A DNA stretch of 64,000 nt. It comes from Gammaproteobacteria bacterium (GTDB lineage: Bacteria > Pseudomonadota > Gammaproteobacteria > Eutrophobiales > Eutrophobiaceae). Positions within the stretch are counted from its first letter, which is position 1; the number at the start of each line of letters is the position of its first letter. The stretch spans positions 1,472,001 through 1,536,000 of the forward strand of contig OZ244905.1 of assembly GCA_965221695.1 (NCBI GenBank), in the 5' to 3' direction. Position numbers and translations under genes: made by a program. Of this stretch, positions 1-9,980 are shown piece by piece. The notes under the pieces are model-generated. The model did no database searches. It was not told where the DNA came from and saw nothing but the letters and a program-made list of their open reading frames with translations.

Positions 1-1
1 C

Positions 2-634
2 AAACAGGTTGCCGGCCCTACCGGAAACCTGACTATCCTGGATAATATCAGCCTGGCGATCAAATATGGAGAGAGCGTGGCAATAACCGGTGTATCCGGC
101 TCCGGCAAATCCACGCTAATCGGGCTCCTCGCGGGACTTGACCTGCCGAGCGCGGGCAAGGTATTCCTGGATAACACGGAACTGACCGCTCTGGATGAAG
201 CCGGCAGGGCGGCATTGCGCAACCGGCGGGTTGGTTTTGTATTTCAATCATTCCAATTGCTGCCGGCCCTGACCGCCCTGGAAAACGTCATGCTGCCGCT
301 GGAGTTGTCGGGCAACGGCGCGGCGCGGGAGCTGGCGCAAAAGCAGTTGAAGGAGGTCGGACTGGCGGGTCGGATGCAACATTATCCTAACCAGTTGTCC
401 GGCGGCGAACAGCAACGGGTCGCTATTGCCAGGGCTTTTGTCGGTAGCCCGCTGGCGCTGTTTGCCGATGAGCTGACCGGCAACCTGGACCGGCAAACCG
501 CGGCGCAGGTTGTTGAACTTCTGTTTCGTCTGAACTCGGAGCGCGGCGCCACATTGATCCTGGTGACCCATGATGACGCCGTATCCAGCCGTTGCAACCG
601 CGTCCTGACACTGGACGGCGGCAGATTGGTCTGA
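2..634 (+). CDS. ybbA: ABC transporter ATP-binding protein (YbbA/LolD-like), 5' end outside window
   Basis: Frame open from base 2; Walker A GVSGSGKST, LSGGEQQR signature, LFADE, VTHD; TGA overlaps ATG of the permease. Confidence 0.88.
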   Translation, partial: KQVAGPTGNLTILDNISLAIKYGESVAITGVSGSGKSTLIGLLAGLDLPSAGKVFLDNTELTALDEAGRAALRNRRVGFVFQSFQLLPALTALENVMLPLELSGNGAARELAQKQLKEVGLAGRMQHYPNQLSGGEQQRVAIARAFVGSPLALFADELTGNLDRQTAAQVVELLFRLNSERGATLILVTHDDAVSSRCNRVLTLDGGRLV

Positions 635-3111
635 TGCAGTTGGTCCGCCTTGCTCTTGCGCAATTCAGGCGGGACTGGCGCGCCGGGGAATTGCGCCTGC
701 TCGGCCTTGCCCTGATCATCGCGGTGGCAAGCCTGACATCCGTTGATTTTTTCACCGACAGGGTTAGACGGGTCACCGAAATCCAGGCCACCGAACTACT
801 GGCCGCCGACCTGGTTGTCAGTTCTGCCGAACCGATCAAACAGGATTTTATCAGCCAGGCTGAAGACCTGGGATTGCAGACAACGCAAACAATCGGTTTT
901 CGCAGCGTGGTCGTGTATGGCGAAAAACTCGAGCTGTCGGAAGTCAAGGCCGCGCAGCCGGGTTACCCGTTGCGGGGCCGGTTGCAGGTTGCGGATGGGT
1001 TGTTCGCCGAAGAATATCAGGCCGATACCATTCCCCGGCAAGGCGCGGTATGGCTGGACCCGAGACTGCTTCAGTTGTTGAGTGTGAATATCGGCGATCG
1101 GATCAACCTGGGCGCATCCACATTCGTAGTCACTAAGGTCCTGACCCATGAGCCCGATCGTAGTGGCGATATGTTCAATATTGCGCCGCGGCTGCTCATG
1201 AATCTTGCAGATGTTGAAGCCACCGGTCTGATATTACCCGGCAGCCAGGTCACGCGCCGGCTTCTGCTGATCGGGGCAGACGATAGGTTAGACGAATTTC
1301 GCTCTCTGGTTGACGACCATGCGGGATACGAGGCGTTGGGAATACGTGAGGTCAGGCCGGAGTTGCGCGCTGCCCTGGAACGTTCAGAGCTGTTCCTCGA
1401 CCTCGCCGTGCTGGTCAGCATCGCGTTGGCCGGGTTGGCGGTCGCCTTGTCGGCGCAACGTTTTGCTGTGAGGCATTTCGACGCCTGCGCTATCATGCGC
1501 TGCCTGGGCGCCGGTCCCGATACGGTCGTCAAGCTCTACGCCATACAGTTGCTGGCAACTGCCCTGATCTGCAGCGCTATCGGCTGCGCGCTGGGCTACC
1601 TGGGACAAACTGTCCTGTCTGCGCTGATGCAGGGGCTGGTAGCCAGACCCCTGCCGTCAGCATCGCCGGCGCCGCTGGTCGGCGGTCTGGCGGTCGGTGT
1701 GGCGACCACGCTGGGCTTTGCTCTGCCACAGATTTTGCGACTGAAAAACGTATCACCCATGCGCACACTAAGGCGCGAGCTGGCGCCGATGCCGCTCAAT
1801 AACCTCGGCATTTGCCTGGCCGCCAGCGGCTGCCTGCTGCTTTTGGCGTTCTGGCAATCCGGCAACCAACGGTTATTTTACTACGGCTGTTGCGCGCTTG
1901 CCGCGACAGGGTTATCGGCCTGGTTGACCGCTGTGCTGGCTATTCGTTGTCTGAACAAGCTGCGCGCCGGGGTTGGCGTAGCCGCTCGCTTCGGCCTGTC
2001 CAATATCGTGCGCCGGGGCGGGTTGAGCACAGCGCAGATCCTGGCAATCAGTCTTGGCGTGATGCTGCTGACTCTGCTGGTCCTGACGCGCGCCGATCTG
2101 CTGGCGAACTGGCGCGATCGGTTGCCCGCCGATACCCCGAATTATTTCCTTATCAACATTCAACCGCACGAGGTGGAATCAATCAGGCAATTCATCAGTG
2201 AGCGCGCGGGTCTTTCCACGCAGACACATCCACTGGTGCGCGCCCGTCTGGTCGCGATAAACGGCAGGACCGTCAGTCCCGATGACTACACAGACGACAG
2301 GGCGCAACGCTTCATGCGGCGCACTTTCAATTTATCTTTTGCGGAGACCTTACAGAACGACAATCGCCTGTTGGAGGGTGAATGGTGGGATGCGGGAGAT
2401 GACAACCGGTTTTCCTTTGAAGAAGACTTTGCCGAGACTTTGGCGATCAACCTCGGCGACACGTTGGAATTTAACATTGCCGGCGCGCGGGTTGCCGGTC
2501 AGGTCGCCAATATCCGCTGGGTTGACTGGGATACATTTAATGTAAATTTTTTTGTCATCACCAGCCCTGCCACACTGGATGGATTCCCCGCCACGCACAT
2601 CACCAGCTTTTATCTGCCCCAGAAGGACCGACCGCTGCTTAACGAGCTGATCAGGCGCTGGCCCAGCGTTACCGTGTTTGATGTGGACTCCATCCTCCAA
2701 CAAGTGCGCCGGGTCATGGAACAAGTAGCGCGGGCAGTGGAATTCATCTCAGTCTTCACCCTGCTGGCAGGGATTATCGTATTGCTCGCGGCGCTGCAAA
2801 CCACTCACAATGAGCGCAGGTATGAAGCCGCTCTGCTGACCACGTTAGGCGCCCGACGGAGCCATATCCTGGCCGGGCTGTTAGCGGAATTTGCCGTTCT
2901 CGGACTGGTATCCGGCCTGATTGCAGCGCTGAACGCCACCGTAGCGGGACTGCTGCTCGCTGAATTCGTTTTCAAAATGGATTTCTCTTTCAATCCCTGG
3001 GTATGGCTGGCTACGCCGTTGCTGTGCATGTCGGTGATTATCGTGGCAGGTTTGGCCGGGACGAGCAAGGTCTTGTCGGCGCCGCCGATGCTGACGTTAA
3101 GACAGGCTTGA
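634..3111 (+). CDS. ybbP: FtsX-like ABC permease (YbbP family)
   Basis: RDWRAGELRLL N-terminus, AADLVV, PNYFLINIQ motifs, many TM helices; ATG at 634 coupled to ATPase stop. Confidence 0.88.
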   Translation: MQLVRLALAQFRRDWRAGELRLLGLALIIAVASLTSVDFFTDRVRRVTEIQATELLAADLVVSSAEPIKQDFISQAEDLGLQTTQTIGFRSVVVYGEKLELSEVKAAQPGYPLRGRLQVADGLFAEEYQADTIPRQGAVWLDPRLLQLLSVNIGDRINLGASTFVVTKVLTHEPDRSGDMFNIAPRLLMNLADVEATGLILPGSQVTRRLLLIGADDRLDEFRSLVDDHAGYEALGIREVRPELRAALERSELFLDLAVLVSIALAGLAVALSAQRFAVRHFDACAIMRCLGAGPDTVVKLYAIQLLATALICSAIGCALGYLGQTVLSALMQGLVARPLPSASPAPLVGGLAVGVATTLGFALPQILRLKNVSPMRTLRRELAPMPLNNLGICLAASGCLLLLAFWQSGNQRLFYYGCCALAATGLSAWLTAVLAIRCLNKLRAGVGVAARFGLSNIVRRGGLSTAQILAISLGVMLLTLLVLTRADLLANWRDRLPADTPNYFLINIQPHEVESIRQFISERAGLSTQTHPLVRARLVAINGRTVSPDDYTDDRAQRFMRRTFNLSFAETLQNDNRLLEGEWWDAGDDNRFSFEEDFAETLAINLGDTLEFNIAGARVAGQVANIRWVDWDTFNVNFFVITSPATLDGFPATHITSFYLPQKDRPLLNELIRRWPSVTVFDVDSILQQVRRVMEQVARAVEFISVFTLLAGIIVLLAALQTTHNERRYEAALLTTLGARRSHILAGLLAEFAVLGLVSGLIAALNATVAGLLLAEFVFKMDFSFNPWVWLATPLLCMSVIIVAGLAGTSKVLSAPPMLTLRQA

Positions 3112-3139
3112 CCAGACCAGGAATTCAAGGAGGCGCCTG

Positions 3140-3175
3140 TTAAAGGAACCTCTGACTTAATCAGAGATTCCCTAA
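3140..3175. repeat. Short palindromic repeat (solo terminal hairpin of the 160-bp element)
   Basis: ggaacctctga-cttaa-tcagagattcc; its end overlaps the dnaQ TAG stop. Confidence 0.85.
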
Positions 3176-3858
3176 CTTTTAGGGGCGCCCTTAAGACGTT
3201 CCAGCATCTTGCGGTGCGCAGCCAGTTCTTCCGGGGTTGGCTCCAGTATTTTCAAGGCGGCGCTGCGCTCGACCGAACGCGGCGTCTGTGGGCCCAAACG
3301 CAACCCGGCTTCCTCATCCTCATCCAGCAACAGGCTTGACTGACCGCCGGTCATGGCCAGGTAAACGTCCAGCAATATCTCAGCGTCCAGCAAGGCGCCG
3401 TGCAGGGAGCGACTCGAATTATCTATCCCGTAGCGCTGGCATAACGCATCTAAGCTGTTCCTTTGACCCGGGTGCATTTCTCTGGCCATCACCAGCGTAT
3501 CGGTAACGCGGCAATAATCCTCAAACTTTCCCCATTCGACTCCCAGACGCGTCAACTCGGCATCGATAAACGCCACATCGAACGGCGCGTTATGGATGAT
3601 GACCTCGCTGTCCCGAATAAAGTCAATCAGCGGATCTGCGATATCCTCGAAAACTGGCTCCCCTTCCAGTTGCTGGGCCGTGATGCCGTGTATTTCAACG
3701 GCTTCTTGTTCTATCTCCCGTTCAGGATTGATGAAATAATGCAAGACCCGGTCGGTCTTGCGACGATCCTTCATTTCGACACAGCCGATCTCAATTATCC
3801 GGTGCCCATTGGCGGGTTCCAGTCCCGTAGTCTCAGTATCCAGGATAATCTGACGCAT
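3172..3858 (-). CDS. dnaQ: DNA polymerase III epsilon subunit
   Basis: DTETTG, HNAPFD, HGALLDAEIL exonuclease motifs, MTGGQ linker; next to rnhA. Confidence 0.97.
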   Translation of the reverse strand: MRQIILDTETTGLEPANGHRIIEIGCVEMKDRRKTDRVLHYFINPEREIEQEAVEIHGITAQQLEGEPVFEDIADPLIDFIRDSEVIIHNAPFDVAFIDAELTRLGVEWGKFEDYCRVTDTLVMAREMHPGQRNSLDALCQRYGIDNSSRSLHGALLDAEILLDVYLAMTGGQSSLLLDEDEEAGLRLGPQTPRSVERSAALKILEPTPEELAAHRKMLERLKGAPKS

Positions 3859-3864
3859 TTTTTC

Positions 3865-4317
3865 TCAGCGGGGATGATTTTGCAATAGCTTGTCCATGGC
3901 CTTGTTTGCCAGTGTATCCACCCGTTCATTTTCAGCATGGCCGCTATGACCTTTAACCCAACGCCATTCAATCTCGTGCGACGCCGTCAACTCATCCAAT
4001 CGTTGCCAAAGATCCAGGTTTTTTACCGGACGCTTTTTTTCGGTACGCCAGCCGCGCCGTTTCCAGTTATCCATCCATTGCAGGATACCGTTCCTTACGT
4101 AGTTTGAATCCGTGGTCAAACGTATCCGGCAGGGTTCCTTCAATGCTTCCAGAGCCTTAATCGCCGCGGTCAGTTCCATACGGTTATTAGTGGTTTGCGA
4201 CTCCGCGCCGGACAGTTCTTTTTCCACATCGTTATAACGCAACAGCGCCCCCCAGCCGCCCGGCCCGGGATTGCCGCGGCAGCCACCGTCGGTAAAGATC
4301 TCTATGAATTTGTCCAT
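3865..4317 (-). CDS. rnhA: Ribonuclease HI
   Basis: [38 protein letters not shown]. Confidence 0.98.
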   Translation of the reverse strand: MDKFIEIFTDGGCRGNPGPGGWGALLRYNDVEKELSGAESQTTNNRMELTAAIKALEALKEPCRIRLTTDSNYVRNGILQWMDNWKRRGWRTEKKRPVKNLDLWQRLDELTASHEIEWRWVKGHSGHAENERVDTLANKAMDKLLQNHPR

Positions 4318-4351
4318 GGGTCGCAGTTTGTTGTGATGTCAGCAAGTTGTA

Positions 4352-4380
4352 ACTTAATCAGGGATTCCGAGCTTCCTTAA
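4352..4380. repeat. Partial/degenerate copy of the short palindromic repeat
   Basis: acttaatcagggattcc...cttccttaa resembles the element right end; terminal tta is the stop of the yafS-like gene. Confidence 0.6.
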
Positions 4381-5138
4381 ACTATATCGCCGCCCGACAT
4401 GGTGGCCGCTCCCGGGTTGGCGTCAGGCAGTAATATCCGTTCGCGCCAGTTCAGTTTTATAGGGTCAACAGGGACGCGGCGTTTCTGAGCAATCATCACA
4501 TAAGCCACACCAGGCAGTGACCAGCAGGATGAGAGCAGTTTTTCCAGAAATAATACCCGGCGGAAAAAACCTCTGTGCCTGCGTGGTGAGCGAAAGAAAA
4601 ACCTTTCTACCTGCAACGTTGCAAAACCGAGCATGGATAACCAGCCCTTGAGCTTCCGCGCGCTGTAAAAACAGCCGTCCCACGGCGGCCGATTACGCGC
4701 TGTCGGATTTAGACGCCACAAGCTCCAAGGGCTGAAACCCGCAATGATCAGACGGCCATCTTCGATCAGGACTCGTTCTATTTCCCTCAGAACAGCGTCA
4801 GGGTCGGAAACATACTCCAGCACATGGAGCATGACTACAACGTCAATGCTGCGCGCGGCGAACGGCAATAACGCGGCCTCGGCTGCCAGCGCGCAACCAT
4901 TATGTCGGGGGCTGCCGGCATCCAGACGCAGCTCGATTTTATTCCGGATACGCTTGGCTGAAGCAAGCATTCCACAATCGTATTCACCTATCTGGGCGAT
5001 GTTATACCCGAACAGGTCGGGCAAAATCCTGTCTAATTTTTCCTTTTCATAACTCGCAAGAGCGCTGCCGGCCTCGCTATTGAGCCAGGCGGAAAACCCG
5101 GCTCGGGCACGGGGCGCTGTTGCGGAGGTATTTTCCAT
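4377..5138 (-). CDS. Class I SAM-dependent methyltransferase (YafS-like)
   Basis: LPFAARSIDVVVMLHVLE, LREIERVL, GFSPWSLW; typical position between mltD and rnhA. Confidence 0.85.
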   Translation of the reverse strand: MENTSATAPRARAGFSAWLNSEAGSALASYEKEKLDRILPDLFGYNIAQIGEYDCGMLASAKRIRNKIELRLDAGSPRHNGCALAAEAALLPFAARSIDVVVMLHVLEYVSDPDAVLREIERVLIEDGRLIIAGFSPWSLWRLNPTARNRPPWDGCFYSARKLKGWLSMLGFATLQVERFFFRSPRRHRGFFRRVLFLEKLLSSCWSLPGVAYVMIAQKRRVPVDPIKLNWRERILLPDANPGAATMSGGDIV

Positions 5139-5193
5139 TGAGTTCAGCTAACTGCAAAGCATCAGATTTTACCTTACGGCCAATCATTTTTCC

Positions 5194-5223
5194 TTAGGAG
5201 CTTTTGAAAAAATTAGAGGCTCC
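5194..5223. repeat. Degenerate copy of the short palindromic repeat
   Basis: ggagcttttga-aaaaa-ttagaggctcc pairs only if G-U is allowed; resembles the other copies. Confidence 0.45.
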
Positions 5224-5278
5224 CGCGCGGCATAGGAATTTGCCGCCATTTTTCATCACGTAGGTGATTGAAAATGAC

Positions 5279-5307
5279 TTGACATCAAGACCGCGCCACC
5301 CTAGCAT
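5279..5307 (+). promoter_or_regulatory. Sigma70 promoter for mltD, probably leaderless
   Basis: TTGACA (5279-5284), 17 nt, TAGCAT (5302-5307); ATG at 5314. Confidence 0.7.
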
Positions 5308-5313
5308 TCACCG

Positions 5314-6945
5314 ATGCGCTATCCAGGCTTGGGAACAACAACCATAATTACCGCCTGCCTGCTGAACGCTTGCAGCGTGCAACCGGTTCAGCAAGCCGCA
5401 GAGTCTCCGCCGGAAACCGCCTCAGAAGCCGAGGAACCGGTAGTATATATCGTCCCGGAACCGGAACTCTATCCCGAATCCGAAGAAGAAGTTGCAACGG
5501 TCGAAAGCAAACCCGAACCTTCGTTCGAACAGCGCGACCTCTGGGAAAAAATTGGCGCGAACCTGAACCTCCCCAGATACCTGGACCGGAAAGCGGTCAA
5601 GGGCAGACTGGCATGGTATGCCAAAAACCAGGAATACCTTGACCGAGTGGTCGAACGCAGCCGCCCCTATCTGTATCACATCGTTAATGAAGTGGAAAAG
5701 CGCGGCATGCCGCTGGAACTGGCCTTGTTGCCCATCGTGGAGAGCGCGTTTCATCCCTTTGCCTATTCACGCAGCCACGCCTCCGGCATCTGGCAGTTTA
5801 TTCCAAGCACCGGAAAAATTTTCGGCTTGAAACAGAACTGGTGGTATGACGGCAGGCGGGACATTGTCGAAGCAACCCGGGCGGCGCTGGATTATATGGA
5901 AAAACTGAATCGGGACTTTGACGGCGACTGGATGCATGCTCTGGCTGCCTACAATACCGGCGAGAGGAACGTGGCCCGGGCAATCCGGCGCAACAGCAAT
6001 GCCGGCAAACCGACGGACTTCTTTTCCTTGCGCCTGCCACGGGAAACCAGAGGCTACGTGCCCAGCTTGCTGGCCGTCGCAGAACTGGTCGCCAATCCGG
6101 AGCAACACGGTGTTTCCTGGCTTCCGACGCCGGATCAGCAGTATTTTGCTCAGGTGGATACGGGAGAGCAGATTGACCTTGCTGTGGCGGCGGAGCTGGC
6201 GGGCGTGAATATGGACGAATTATATACACTGAACCCGGGCTTCAATCGATGGGCCACCGACCCGGATGGTCCGCACCGGTTGCTCGTTCCGGTTGCGGTT
6301 AAAGATACATTCGAGGAAAAACTTGCCGGCCTGTCTTCGGAACAACGGATAAACCGGGATGAGCATAAAGTCAAAACAGGCGAAACCCTGGATGGCATCG
6401 CCAAACGTTACCGCCTCTCCGTTGCCTCGCTGAAATCCATTAACAAGCTGCGCAGCGATATCATCCATACGGGCGATACGCTCCAGGTTCCCATCCCCAA
6501 GGAAGCGGCGAAACATTATACCCTCAGCGTAGAGGGGCGGCGCATGAGAGGCCTCAGGGATACCGGTGACGGCGAAAAATTTATTTATACCGTAAAACGT
6601 GGCGATACGCTCTGGGATATTGGCCGATATTACGGCTTCAGCATCAAACAACTGACTGAATGGAATGGTATATCGCGCCGCCAATACCTGCGCCCTGGCC
6701 AAAAGCTGACCTTGTGGTTCGCCGAGTCAGGCGAGAAAAAAACCGCTGCCATGATCGCAAAGCAGACCACCGACCCGTTCCATTACACCGTAAAAAAAGG
6801 CGATTCCCTATGGTCTATAGCAAAAAAATTCGATGTCACGATAAAACAGTTGCTAGCCTGGAACAACCTTCGCAAAAACAAATTTCTGTATCCCAACCAG
6901 AAAATAACTGTTTATCCGTCCGGTTCCCGCTCAGTTGGCAGCTAA
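5314..6945 (+). CDS. mltD: Membrane-bound lytic murein transglycosylase D with LysM domains
   Basis: Lipobox LNAC, LPIVESAF catalytic Glu, GIWQF, AAYNTG, three LysM repeats. Confidence 0.95.
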   Translation: MRYPGLGTTTIITACLLNACSVQPVQQAAESPPETASEAEEPVVYIVPEPELYPESEEEVATVESKPEPSFEQRDLWEKIGANLNLPRYLDRKAVKGRLAWYAKNQEYLDRVVERSRPYLYHIVNEVEKRGMPLELALLPIVESAFHPFAYSRSHASGIWQFIPSTGKIFGLKQNWWYDGRRDIVEATRAALDYMEKLNRDFDGDWMHALAAYNTGERNVARAIRRNSNAGKPTDFFSLRLPRETRGYVPSLLAVAELVANPEQHGVSWLPTPDQQYFAQVDTGEQIDLAVAAELAGVNMDELYTLNPGFNRWATDPDGPHRLLVPVAVKDTFEEKLAGLSSEQRINRDEHKVKTGETLDGIAKRYRLSVASLKSINKLRSDIIHTGDTLQVPIPKEAAKHYTLSVEGRRMRGLRDTGDGEKFIYTVKRGDTLWDIGRYYGFSIKQLTEWNGISRRQYLRPGQKLTLWFAESGEKKTAAMIAKQTTDPFHYTVKKGDSLWSIAKKFDVTIKQLLAWNNLRKNKFLYPNQKITVYPSGSRSVGS

Positions 6946-6985
6946 CCAGCCAAGCATTCTCCCTGATTCTTCGTAGAGTTGGAGG

Positions 6986-9142
6986 ATGACCCGCTTCCTG
7001 AAATTGTTCCTGCGTTGTCTGCTGCGTTTGCTCTACCGGGTTGAGGTCAGCGGGATGGAATATTATCAGCAAGCCGGCGAGCGAGTATTGATCGTAGCCA
7101 ATCACATTTCTCTGCTTGACGGGATTTTGCTGTACGCCTGGTTTCGGGATGATCTCAGGTTTGCCATCAACACCCAAATCGCCAACCGCCCGCATTTCAA
7201 GCCGTTTCTCTATTTCGCTGATTTATACACCATGGACCCGACCAATCCGTTATCGGTAAAATCCATGGTGCGTTTCCTGCAAGAAGATCGCAAGGCAGTC
7301 ATTTTCCCGGAAGGTCGTATCACTACCACCGGCAGCCTGATGAAAATCTACGAAGGGCCAGGGTTAATCGCCGATCGCGCCGGCGCAACCGTGCTCCCGG
7401 TCGCCATCGACGGCGCGCAATACAGTGCGATGGGTTATCTGGGAGAACGAGTAAGGTTTCCCAAAATCAGGATGCGTACGCTGGCGCCGGAAAAACTGGA
7501 GATCGACCCGTCAATCCAGGGACACGAACGGCGCAAAGCGGCTTCCGCATGGATGCAAAACCTGATGTACAGGCTGTCGTTTGCCGGCTATGACTACGAA
7601 AAGACCGTGTTCGAGGCCATACTCCAGGCTGCGGGCCTGTTCGGACACAAGCGTATCATACTTGAAGATATCAAACGGGAACCGTTTACCTACAGGCAAT
7701 TGCTGATGCGCGCGTTTATCCTCGGAGCTGTGTTACGCAAGGACACACAGGCAGGGGAGCGCGTCGGAGTACTGATGCCGAATGTCGCGGCCGGCGTAGT
7801 GGTATACCTGTCTCTGCTAAGCCTGGAAAGAGTTCCCGCGATGCTGAACTATACAACCGGACTCCAGATCCTGCTGAAAGCCTGTGAAACTGCGTCGATC
7901 AGGACGGTTTACACGTCCAGACAGTTCATAGAGAGCGCCAATCTCAAGCCACTGGCGGAAGGATTGCAGCAACGGACGCAGTTGGTCTACCTGGAGGACT
8001 TGCGTGATCGCATCGGCACAAAGGACAAATTGATCGGACTGCTGCGCAGCCGTTTCCCGCGCGCAGGTTACCGCCCTGCCGCCAAGCCGGAGGACACTGC
8101 CACGATTCTGTTCACCTCCGGCTCGGAAGGCGTTCCCAAGGGTGTGGCGCTATCGCATCGCAACCTGTTGGCCAATTTTGCACAGGCGCGCAGTTGCATC
8201 GGTTTCAAGCCCAGCGATACTATCTTCAACTGCCTACCGTTGTTCCATTCGTTCGGACTCAACATCGGTTGTGTGCTGCCGTTGCTGGGCGGCTGCAAAA
8301 TATTTCTGTACACCACACCCTTGCATTACCGGATCATTCCGGAACTGCTGTATCAGACCGACGCCACCATCTTATTCGCCACCAATACCTTTCTCAAGGG
8401 TTACGGGCAGCATGCCCATTCCTATGATTTCAAATCGCTGAAATATGTGCTGGCTGGGGCTGAAAAGCTGCAGGATGATACCCGCAGACTGTGGATGGAA
8501 AAGTTCGGCATCCGCATCCTCGAGGGCTACGGCGCAACGGAATGCAGCCCGGTAATTTCGGTGAATACCCCCATCAACAACAAGCCCGGCAGTGTGGGGA
8601 AACTATTGCCAGGCATGCGCGCCTACCTGGCGCCGATTGCCGGCATAGAACATGGTGGAAGACTGGTAGTAAGCGGGCCGAACGTCATGTCCGGCTACCT
8701 GTTGCATGGGGCCGGCGGCAGCATTCATCCGCCGCGTACGGAACGCGGGGAAGGTTGGTACGACACCGGCGACATAGCGACTATCGATGCTGAGGGCTAT
8801 ATTGAACTGCTCGGCCGCGCCAAGCGCTTTGCCAAGATCGGCGGAGAAATGATTTCACTCAGCGCGGTGGAAGAGTTGGCCACGCTCACCTGGCCGGATT
8901 GCAATCATGCTGCTTTGTCCATGCCGGATGAGCGCAAAGGGGAGAAAATTATCCTGATATCGGAGCGTGAGGGAGCGGACCGGAAGTCATTCCAGAAAAA
9001 AGCGCGGGAACTGGGTTACGGAGAGTTGTACATTCCCAGGGAAGTCATAGCCATACGCCAGTTGCCGGTACTGGGCACAGGAAAGACAGATTACGTTGCT
9101 TTGCTGGAAAAGCTGAATACCGAAATTGCGGGGTCAGCATAA
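6986..9142 (+). CDS. aas: Bifunctional 2-acyl-GPE acyltransferase / acyl-ACP synthetase
   Basis: NHISLLD and FPEGRIT PlsC motifs; FTSGSEGVPKG, YGATE, GKTDY AMP-binding motifs. Confidence 0.92.
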   Translation: MTRFLKLFLRCLLRLLYRVEVSGMEYYQQAGERVLIVANHISLLDGILLYAWFRDDLRFAINTQIANRPHFKPFLYFADLYTMDPTNPLSVKSMVRFLQEDRKAVIFPEGRITTTGSLMKIYEGPGLIADRAGATVLPVAIDGAQYSAMGYLGERVRFPKIRMRTLAPEKLEIDPSIQGHERRKAASAWMQNLMYRLSFAGYDYEKTVFEAILQAAGLFGHKRIILEDIKREPFTYRQLLMRAFILGAVLRKDTQAGERVGVLMPNVAAGVVVYLSLLSLERVPAMLNYTTGLQILLKACETASIRTVYTSRQFIESANLKPLAEGLQQRTQLVYLEDLRDRIGTKDKLIGLLRSRFPRAGYRPAAKPEDTATILFTSGSEGVPKGVALSHRNLLANFAQARSCIGFKPSDTIFNCLPLFHSFGLNIGCVLPLLGGCKIFLYTTPLHYRIIPELLYQTDATILFATNTFLKGYGQHAHSYDFKSLKYVLAGAEKLQDDTRRLWMEKFGIRILEGYGATECSPVISVNTPINNKPGSVGKLLPGMRAYLAPIAGIEHGGRLVVSGPNVMSGYLLHGAGGSIHPPRTERGEGWYDTGDIATIDAEGYIELLGRAKRFAKIGGEMISLSAVEELATLTWPDCNHAALSMPDERKGEKIILISEREGADRKSFQKKARELGYGELYIPREVIAIRQLPVLGTGKTDYVALLEKLNTEIAGSA

Positions 9143-9167
9143 GCTTGCCGGGATAAGCCGACAAGCT
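9142..9167. terminator. Hairpin between convergent aas and pcm
   Basis: agcttgccgg-gataag-ccgacaagct inverted repeat; no U-tract. Confidence 0.4.
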
Positions 9168-9930
9168 AGTACTGAGTTTCCGTGTTATGTCCGCCACTGC
9201 CCGTAAACGGCACGAAACCTACCGGCAGAATATCCGTTTTCCTAATCTCGCCGTTCTGCTGTTTTTCCAATACCTGCAGAGTCTGATAACCATGTTGTGG
9301 ACCAACCGGGATCACCATCCGCCCCCCGGGTTTGAGCTGGTCAATCAAGGGTTGCGGCGCTTCTTCTGGCGCAGCCGTTACCATGATTGCATCGAACGGC
9401 GCATGTTCCTCCCAGCCGATGTAGCCATCTCCGATTTTCACCGTGACATTATCGAAACCGAGACTGGCGAGGGTATTTTCCGCGCGTTTGCCCAGCGCTT
9501 CGATGATCTCGATGGTATAGACATGGCGCGCCAAACGCGCCAGCGCCGCGGCCTGGTAACCTGAGCCCGTGCCGACCTCCAGCACGACCGAGTCGCCATC
9601 CACATTCATCAGGTGCGTCATCAGAGCAACAATATAAGGCTGCGAAATAGTCTGACCCGCGCCAATGGGCAGAGGCCTGTTCAAATAGGCAAATTCACGC
9701 AGGGCTTCAGGCACAAATTTATGGCGCGGCACGGTTGCCAGAACATCCATCACACGCTCATCCAGCGTGTCTATACCGGTATAACTGCGGGTTTCATCCA
9801 CTGTTTCCTTGATCGCGGTGATCATCTCCCGGCGTTCGGTTTCATATTCGTCCAACGCAACCAGTCCATTAGAGGCTGTTGCCAGCAATATAGCAACTAC
9901 AACAGAACACGGAGATTCTATTTTTATCAT
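9166..9930 (-). CDS. pcm: Protein-L-isoaspartate O-methyltransferase with signal-like N-terminus
   Basis: GQTISQPYIVA, LEVGTGSGYQAA, APFDAIMVTAA. Confidence 0.95.
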   Translation of the reverse strand: MIKIESPCSVVVAILLATASNGLVALDEYETERREMITAIKETVDETRSYTGIDTLDERVMDVLATVPRHKFVPEALREFAYLNRPLPIGAGQTISQPYIVALMTHLMNVDGDSVVLEVGTGSGYQAAALARLARHVYTIEIIEALGKRAENTLASLGFDNVTVKIGDGYIGWEEHAPFDAIMVTAAPEEAPQPLIDQLKPGGRMVIPVGPQHGYQTLQVLEKQQNGEIRKTDILPVGFVPFTGSGGHNTETQY

Positions 9931-9943
9931 TTGGAAAACAGTC

Positions 9944-9980
9944 TTAAAAAAACTCTGAGATTAAGTCAGAGGCTCCCTAA
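9944..9980. repeat. Short palindromic repeat
   Basis: aactctgagattaagtcagaggctccctaa; overlaps the SDR TAG stop. Confidence 0.8.
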
